Below, piece by piece: positions 58,559 to 64,000 of a stretch of DNA of 64,000 nt. The notes below the pieces were generated by a model. It was not told where the DNA came from. It did no database searches and saw only the letters and a program-made list of their open reading frames with translations. The translations under genes were made by a program, and so were the position numbers. Each line of letters opens with the position of its first letter. Positions within the stretch are counted from its first letter, which is position 1. Source of the DNA: Desulfurivibrionaceae bacterium. GTDB lineage: Bacteria > Desulfobacterota > Desulfobulbia > Desulfobulbales > SURF-16. The DNA is taken from positions 35,695-99,694 of the forward strand of contig JBKHJR010000002.1 in NCBI GenBank assembly GCA_046537975.1, written 5' to 3'.

Positions 58559-58560
58559 GC

Positions 58561-60021
58561 TCAGCTCATTCGGTAATTGGGCGCCTCTTTGGTGATTATT
58601 ACGTCATGGACGTGGCTTTCTTTGAAGCCGGCCGGGCTGATCTTGACAAATCTGGCTTTTTCCTGGAGTTCCGCAATGCTCCGGGCCCCCAGATAACCCA
58701 TGCCGGACCGCAGACCTCCGGTGAGCTGGTAGATGGTATCACTTAAAGGGCCGCGATAGGGAACCTTGCCTTCAATGCCCTCAGGAACGAATTTTGCCGC
58801 AGATTCCACATCCGCCTGGCTGTAACGGTCTGCACTCCCCTCTTTCATGGCTCCCAGTGATCCCATGCCCCGGTAGCCTTTGTAGGTTCTCCCCTGATAG
58901 AGAAAGGTCTCACCGGGAGTTTCTTCACAACCGGCCAGAAGACTGCCTATCATTATGGAATCCGCCCCTATGCCTATGGCCTTGCTCAAGTCGCCGGACT
59001 GCTTTATCCCGCCGTCGCTGATCACGGGGATTCCGTGTTTCCGGGCCGCGGTGCTGCAATCACTGATAGCCGTAAGCTGAGGGACGCCGACACCGGCCAC
59101 GATCCTGGTTGTGCAGATAGAGCCGGGTCCAACTCCAAGCTTGAGGGCGTCGGCTCCGGCCCTGATCAGATCTTCGGCAGCCTCGGCAGTGGCAATATTG
59201 CCGGCAATTACCTGAAGGCCGGAAAAATCCGCCTTGATTTTTTTCAGGGCATTAACGATATTGCTGGAATGACCATGGGCTGAATCCAGGACCAGAACAT
59301 CGACGCCGGCGGCCTGTAGGTTGTCGACATGCTCCAGGGAGATGTCTGCCCCTATGGCAGCTCCGGCCAGGAGTCTGCCCAGGGAGTCTTTGGCGGCCAG
59401 GGGGTATTTCCTGATCTTTTCCAGATCCTTGATGGTGATAAGGCCGTGCAGGCTGCCGTCCTCGTTGACCACCAGCAGCTTTTCAATCCGGTGCTCATGC
59501 AGCAGGGCCTTGGACTGCTCCAGAGTGATACCGGGCTTGGCGGTAACCAGATTCTTGCTGGTCATGACATCCTTGACCTTAAGCCCCAGGTCGGAAACAA
59601 AGCGCATATCACGGTTGGTGACGATTCCGGCCAGTTTGCCGTCCCTCAGCACGGGAACACCGGAGATATGAAAGGTCTGCATAATCTTTTCAATCTCGCC
59701 CACAGTCTGGTCTTCCTCGGCGGTGACCGGATCCACAATCATACCGGATTCGGATTTTTTGACTTTCTCCACCTCAAGCAGCTGTTTTTTCAGGCTCATG
59801 TTCTTATGTATTATCCCTATCCCTCCTTCGCGGGCCATGGCAATAGCAGTCCGGTGTTCGGTTACCGTGTCCATGGCTGCACTGATCAGGGGCATGTTAA
59901 GGGAAATTTCCCTGGTCAATCTGGTTGAGAGATCCACCTCGGAAGGAAGTACGGATGACTTCCTGGGTACCAGGAGAATGTCGTCAAAAGTGAAGGCCTC
60001 ATTTATATTTTCCGGTAGCAT
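58561..60021 (-). CDS. guaB: IMP dehydrogenase
   Basis: 486 aa TIM barrel with a CBS pair and the catalytic loop [11 protein letters not shown]. Confidence 0.97.
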   Translation of the reverse strand: MLPENINEAFTFDDILLVPRKSSVLPSEVDLSTRLTREISLNMPLISAAMDTVTEHRTAIAMAREGGIGIIHKNMSLKKQLLEVEKVKKSESGMIVDPVTAEEDQTVGEIEKIMQTFHISGVPVLRDGKLAGIVTNRDMRFVSDLGLKVKDVMTSKNLVTAKPGITLEQSKALLHEHRIEKLLVVNEDGSLHGLITIKDLEKIRKYPLAAKDSLGRLLAGAAIGADISLEHVDNLQAAGVDVLVLDSAHGHSSNIVNALKKIKADFSGLQVIAGNIATAEAAEDLIRAGADALKLGVGPGSICTTRIVAGVGVPQLTAISDCSTAARKHGIPVISDGGIKQSGDLSKAIGIGADSIMIGSLLAGCEETPGETFLYQGRTYKGYRGMGSLGAMKEGSADRYSQADVESAAKFVPEGIEGKVPYRGPLSDTIYQLTGGLRSGMGYLGARSIAELQEKARFVKISPAGFKESHVHDVIITKEAPNYRMS

Positions 60022-60023
60022 AG

Positions 60024-61808
60024 TTATTCCTTCCAGTCAGGACGTAGTTTTAATTCTGTAAGTTGCTTGCGGTTGACCGGGGCCGGGGCTTCGGTCATGG
60101 GACAGGTGGCTTTCTGGGTTTTGGGGAAGGCGATTACATCCCTGATAGTTTCCCTGCCGGTAAGAATCATCAGCAGCCGGTCCAGGCCGAAGGCAATCCC
60201 ACCGTGGGGCGGTGCTCCGAGTTCCAGGGCCCGCAGCAGAAAGCCGAATTTATCCTCGGCTTCTTCCCGGCTGATGCCCAGAGCCTCGAAGGCCCTGTCC
60301 TGGATATCTTTTTGATGGATACGCAGACTGCCGCCCCCTATTTCCGTGCCGTTTAAAACCAGGTCATAGGCCCGGCTTCTGACTCGGCCCGGATCGGATT
60401 CCAGCAGATCCAGATCTTCCTCCCGGGGTGCGGTGAAGGGATGATGGACCGCAGTGTGGCGGCGTTCTTCATGATCATATTCCAGCAGAGGAAAGTCTGT
60501 TATCCACAGGAAGTTGAGGGTGTTTCCGTCCAGCAGTTCAAGCCTGCGGGCCAGCTCAAGCCTGAGTTCAGCCAGGGCCTCGTGGACAACCGGACTCTTG
60601 TCAGCCACAAAGAACAGGAGATCTCCTTCTGCCGCCTCCAGGTCTTCGCTTATCCTGCCCCGTTCTTCCGGAGTGAAAAATTTGGCAATTGGTGACTGCC
60701 ACTCGCCTTCAGGCTTCACCTTGACCCAGGCCAGTCCTTTGGCCCCGTACTGGCCGGCGAATTCGGTCAGGTCGTCCAGGTCCTTGCGGGAGAAATCGGC
60801 ACAGCCTTTGGCGTTGATGCTCTTCACTATGCCGCCGGTTTCCACTACATTTTGAAAGACCTGGAAGCTGCAGTCCCTGACCGTTTCGGTCAGATCGACC
60901 AGCTCCATGCCGAAGCGGGTGTCGGGCCGGTCCGTACCGAATCTGGCCACGGCTTCATCATAGGTCAGGCGGGGAAAGGGCGGTTTCAGGTCCCTGTTTC
61001 TGGTTTCTTTGAAAATTGCCTGCATTATCCCTTCGGACAGGGTAAAGATATCTTCTTCATTAATAAAGGAAAGCTCCATGTCCAGCTGGGTGAATTCGGG
61101 CTGGCGGTCGGCCCGCAGATCCTCGTCCCGGAAACACTTGACTATCTGATAGTAGCGGTCCATACCTGCGGCCATCAGCAGCTGCTTAAAGAGCTGGGGG
61201 GACTGGGGCAGGGCGAAGAAGCGGCCGGTATTAACCCGGCTGGGTACCAGGTAGTCCCTGGCCCCTTCAGGAGTGGAGCGGGTGAGCACCGGGGTCTCGA
61301 TTTCCAGAAAATCAGCATCGTTCAAGTAGCTGCGGATGGCCTGGCAGGCTTTGTGCCGGGTTATGAGGTTGTCAGCCATTCCCGGGCGGCGCAGGTCGAT
61401 ATAACGATAGGCAAGCCGGAGGTTGTCGGAGACCTCCACTTCCTCGTCCAGGGGGAAGGGCGGGGTTTTGCTGGTATTGAGTATCTTCAGTTCATCGGCA
61501 AAGACCTCTATTTCTCCGGTAACCAGCTTTTCATTGATCATTCCTTCCGGCCGGCGGGCGACTTTTCCCCGCACTGCAATCACCCATTCACTCCGCAGGG
61601 TGTGGGCCTTGGCATGGACCTCGGAATTGTGCTCCGGATTGAATACCACCTGAGTGATACCCCAGCGGTCCCGCAGGTCAATAAATATAACACCCCCGTG
61701 ATCCCGTCTTCTCAGTACCCAGCCCATCAGGACGATTTCCCGGTCAAGATTGGCCGCATTCAGTTCATTGCAGCTATGACTACGTTGCAGCGTTCCCATG
61801 GATTCCAT
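60024..61808 (-). CDS. aspS: Aspartate--tRNA ligase
   Basis: 594 aa class IIb synthetase. OB anticodon-binding N-domain, motif 2 [18 protein letters not shown], motif 3 GIAFGLDRL. Confidence 0.97.
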   Translation of the reverse strand: MESMGTLQRSHSCNELNAANLDREIVLMGWVLRRRDHGGVIFIDLRDRWGITQVVFNPEHNSEVHAKAHTLRSEWVIAVRGKVARRPEGMINEKLVTGEIEVFADELKILNTSKTPPFPLDEEVEVSDNLRLAYRYIDLRRPGMADNLITRHKACQAIRSYLNDADFLEIETPVLTRSTPEGARDYLVPSRVNTGRFFALPQSPQLFKQLLMAAGMDRYYQIVKCFRDEDLRADRQPEFTQLDMELSFINEEDIFTLSEGIMQAIFKETRNRDLKPPFPRLTYDEAVARFGTDRPDTRFGMELVDLTETVRDCSFQVFQNVVETGGIVKSINAKGCADFSRKDLDDLTEFAGQYGAKGLAWVKVKPEGEWQSPIAKFFTPEERGRISEDLEAAEGDLLFFVADKSPVVHEALAELRLELARRLELLDGNTLNFLWITDFPLLEYDHEERRHTAVHHPFTAPREEDLDLLESDPGRVRSRAYDLVLNGTEIGGGSLRIHQKDIQDRAFEALGISREEAEDKFGFLLRALELGAPPHGGIAFGLDRLLMILTGRETIRDVIAFPKTQKATCPMTEAPAPVNRKQLTELKLRPDWKE

Positions 61809-61820
61809 AGGATCTCCTAT

Positions 61821-61884
61821 TAAGGTTCAAGTTTCAAGTTTCGGGGTGCGGTATGATGGTTTGTCTGACACCTCTTGCTCTTAG
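61821..61884 (-). repeat. Short/degenerate heptad element, copy G (hisS-aspS spacer)
   Basis: TAAGGTT CAAGTTT CAAGTTT, then GGTTTGTCTGACACCTCTTGCTCTT, which resembles the copy F middle TGTTGTCTGACCTCTGTCTTCT. It lacks the CTCCGAC array. The aspS start keeps a normal SD (AGGAG). Confidence 0.6.
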
Positions 61885-61889
61885 AATTG

Positions 61890-63176
61890 TTATAATATTT
61901 CAAATTTTTCCCCTCCTACCGCCTCCATGATATCATCTCCCCATTCCGCCGGATCGCTTTTTATGGCCAGCGCTGCCTGGTCCCTGGTTCTCATGTCCCG
62001 AAGCCGGGCCTCCCCCTTTTCAAACTCTTCTTCTCCCACGATCAGGACAAAATCGGCTTTGGCCCGGTCAGCCTGTTTCATCTGGCTTTTTAAACTGCGG
62101 TCCATGACATCCATGGCCACAGCCAGTCCTTTTTCCCTTAAGTAATAGGTCACCGGGAAGGCCATGTCCTGGGCTTTAGGGCCGAGAGCGGCTATAAAAA
62201 GGTCGGTCCTGGTTTTTCCGGGCCGGGAATCCTTTTCAGACAGGAGGAGGGCCAGACGTTCAATCCCCATGGCAAAACCCAGTCCCGGGACATCCGGTCC
62301 CCCCAGCTCCCCGACCAGGCCGTCATAACGCCCCCCGGCTCCCACCGCACTCTGGGCTCCCAGGTCGTCGGTTATAAGTTCAAATGTGGTACGGCAGTAA
62401 TAGTCCAGGCCCCTGACCATGAAGGAGTTGACAGTATAGGGAATTCTCAGGAGGCTGAGACTTTCTTCAACCGCCCGGAAGTGGTCGGAGCATTCCGGGC
62501 AGAGATGCTGGATTATCAATGGCGCCTGTCGATACTGTTCCCGGCAGTTTTCATTTTTGCAGTCCAGAACACGGAGGGGATTGTAATCCCTGCGCCTTTC
62601 GCAGTCGTCACAGATGGAATCACATTGGTTCAGAAACTGCCGCAGGGCCCGATTAAATTCCGGCCGGCATTCCGGGCATCCCAAGGAATTTATCTCCAGT
62701 CTGGCACTCAGGTCGAGGCTGGTGAGCAGATACCAGGACATGGCCATCACTTCCGCATCTATCCGGGGATGATCAAGGCCGACAGCCTCGACACTGATCT
62801 GGTGAAATTGTCGCAGGCGGCCTTTCTGGGGTCTTTCATGCCGGAACATGGGGCCGATAGTATAAAGCTTCTGCAACGGTTTTGCCGTGTACAGCCCCTG
62901 TTCGATGTAGGCCCGCAGAACCGAGGCGGTCCCTTCCGGCCTCATGGTGACCGAGTCCCCGTTGCGGTCGCTGAAGGTGTACATCTCCTTTTCCACGATA
63001 TCGGTGGCCGCCCCCAGAGAACGGACAAAGAGATCGGTCTTCTCCAGAATCGGGACCCTTATTTCCCGGAATTCAAAACGGCGGAAAATATCCCTGGCAG
63101 TTTCTTCGATAAAACGATATATGTCCACCTCATCCGGGACGATGTCTTTAAATCCCTTTAAGGCCTTAACTTTCAC
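61890..63176 (-). CDS. hisS: Histidine--tRNA ligase
   Basis: 428 aa class IIa synthetase. Motif 2 FRHERPQKGRLRQFHQ, motif 3 GGGRYDGL, and a C-terminal anticodon-binding domain. Confidence 0.95.
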   Translation of the reverse strand: MKVKALKGFKDIVPDEVDIYRFIEETARDIFRRFEFREIRVPILEKTDLFVRSLGAATDIVEKEMYTFSDRNGDSVTMRPEGTASVLRAYIEQGLYTAKPLQKLYTIGPMFRHERPQKGRLRQFHQISVEAVGLDHPRIDAEVMAMSWYLLTSLDLSARLEINSLGCPECRPEFNRALRQFLNQCDSICDDCERRRDYNPLRVLDCKNENCREQYRQAPLIIQHLCPECSDHFRAVEESLSLLRIPYTVNSFMVRGLDYYCRTTFELITDDLGAQSAVGAGGRYDGLVGELGGPDVPGLGFAMGIERLALLLSEKDSRPGKTRTDLFIAALGPKAQDMAFPVTYYLREKGLAVAMDVMDRSLKSQMKQADRAKADFVLIVGEEEFEKGEARLRDMRTRDQAALAIKSDPAEWGDDIMEAVGGEKFEIL

Positions 63177-63315
63177 GAATCCTCCATCATTAAGTTGTAT
63201 TTAAAATAAATCTGATTAAAATAGCCTGTTCCGGGGGGCAAGTCAAGGGAATGATATATGATGAATTTTGAATTGTGATTCAGTAATTGAAGGAAATTGC
63301 CCGATCAGTTACTTT

Positions 63316-63378
63316 GAGGTCAGAGGTCAGAGGTCAGAGGTCAGAGGTTCATAACTTGTAACTCACAACTAATATACT
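63316..63378 (+). repeat. Heptad array, copy H (serS 5' leader), in register with the start codon
   Basis: GAGGTCA x4, GAGGTTC, ATAACTT, GTAACTC, ACAACTA, ATATACT, then ATG at 63379: nine units exactly. Confidence 0.9.
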
Positions 63379-64000
63379 ATGCTGGCACTAAGTTTTATCA
63401 GGGACAATATCGATCTGGTCAGGGAAAAAACCAGGCTCCGGGGGTTTCCGGTCACCGGTCTTGATGATTTTATCGAGATTGATCAAAAAAGGCGGGAGCA
63501 GCTGACAGAGGTGGAAAGCCTGCGAAACCGGAGGAAGACGGTATCCCGGGAGATTGCCGAATTAAAGAAAAAAGGCGAATCCGCTGATGAACTGATCTCC
63601 GAGATGCGGACGGTCAGTGACAGGATCAAGGAGCTTGAGCGGAGCCTTAACGTTATAGAGGATGATCTTCAGAAAATTGTCATGGAGATTCCCAATCTCT
63701 GCCATGATTCGGTTCCGGTGGGAGAGGATGACAGCGATAATGTGGAAATCAGGAGATGGGGGGAGCCCCCTTCCTTTTCCTTTACCCCGAAAGCCCACTG
63801 GGAACTGGGGGAGGCGGACGGCAGCCTTGATTTCAAGAGAGCCGCTAAACTGTCAGGAGCCCGTTTTACTTTGATGACAGGATTTGCCGCCCGTCTGGAG
63901 CGGGCTCTTACCAATTTCATGCTGGATCTTCATGCTGGAAGGCATGGTTATAAAGAGGTTCTGCCACCCTTTATGGTTAATTCCGCCACCATGACCGCCA
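63379..64000 (+). CDS. serS: Serine--tRNA ligase, N-terminal part (continues past the right edge)
   Basis: Own translation: MLALSFIRDNIDLVREKTRLRGFPVTGLDDFIEIDQKRREQLTEVESLRNRRKTVSREIAELKKKG... This is the SerRS coiled-coil arm. It is followed by PKAHWELGE...LDFKRAAKLSGARF (core domain start). It is not in the ORF track because no stop lies in the window. Confidence 0.9.
   Translation, partial: MLALSFIRDNIDLVREKTRLRGFPVTGLDDFIEIDQKRREQLTEVESLRNRRKTVSREIAELKKKGESADELISEMRTVSDRIKELERSLNVIEDDLQKIVMEIPNLCHDSVPVGEDDSDNVEIRRWGEPPSFSFTPKAHWELGEADGSLDFKRAAKLSGARFTLMTGFAARLERALTNFMLDLHAGRHGYKEVLPPFMVNSATMTA

Overview
This is a 64-kb chromosomal window from a Gram-negative bacterium. Gene content and protein flavour suggest a Desulfobacterota/deltaproteobacterial-type anaerobe, but that is low-confidence inference. 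I can support 54 protein-coding genes (two cut by the window edges) and one tRNA-Ser(CGA). I see no rRNA, CRISPR array, transposase, integrase or prophage genes. Most genes are housekeeping: lgt, uppP, trkA, rpsA, sppA, ihfB, htpG, thiC, dnaG-rpoD, dprA-topA, pyrBC, lepB, secB, uvrA, rsmB, glyQ, and a co-directional hisS-aspS-guaB-guaA run with serS divergent. There is also a type IV pilus pilMNOP-secretin cluster and three outer-membrane barrel/porin genes. Four things are not explained by ordinary annotation. (1) A dispersed family of intergenic elements is built entirely from 7-nt units held in one unbroken register. The elements are strand-locked to transcription and start right after stop codons with tandem Shine-Dalgarno-like GGAGGUC units. 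Two copies 28 kb apart share a 31-nt perfect match, and two copies differ from relatives by exactly one heptad. This is my main candidate for something undescribed. (2) A three-gene minus-strand cluster (55794-56600 NYN+cold-shock domain, 54625-55773 degenerate receiver+TPR, 52897-54567 CCHC zinc-knuckle membrane protein) is embedded in these elements. (3) The pilus cluster has a split PilQ architecture: an AMIN-N0-TPR protein plus a separate lipoprotein secretin. (4) Two smaller oddities are an orphan minimal flagellar-axial-type protein behind a near-consensus sigma-54 promoter, and a 156-bp long palindrome in the pyrB leader. All family assignments come from motif recognition by eye. No database search was run.
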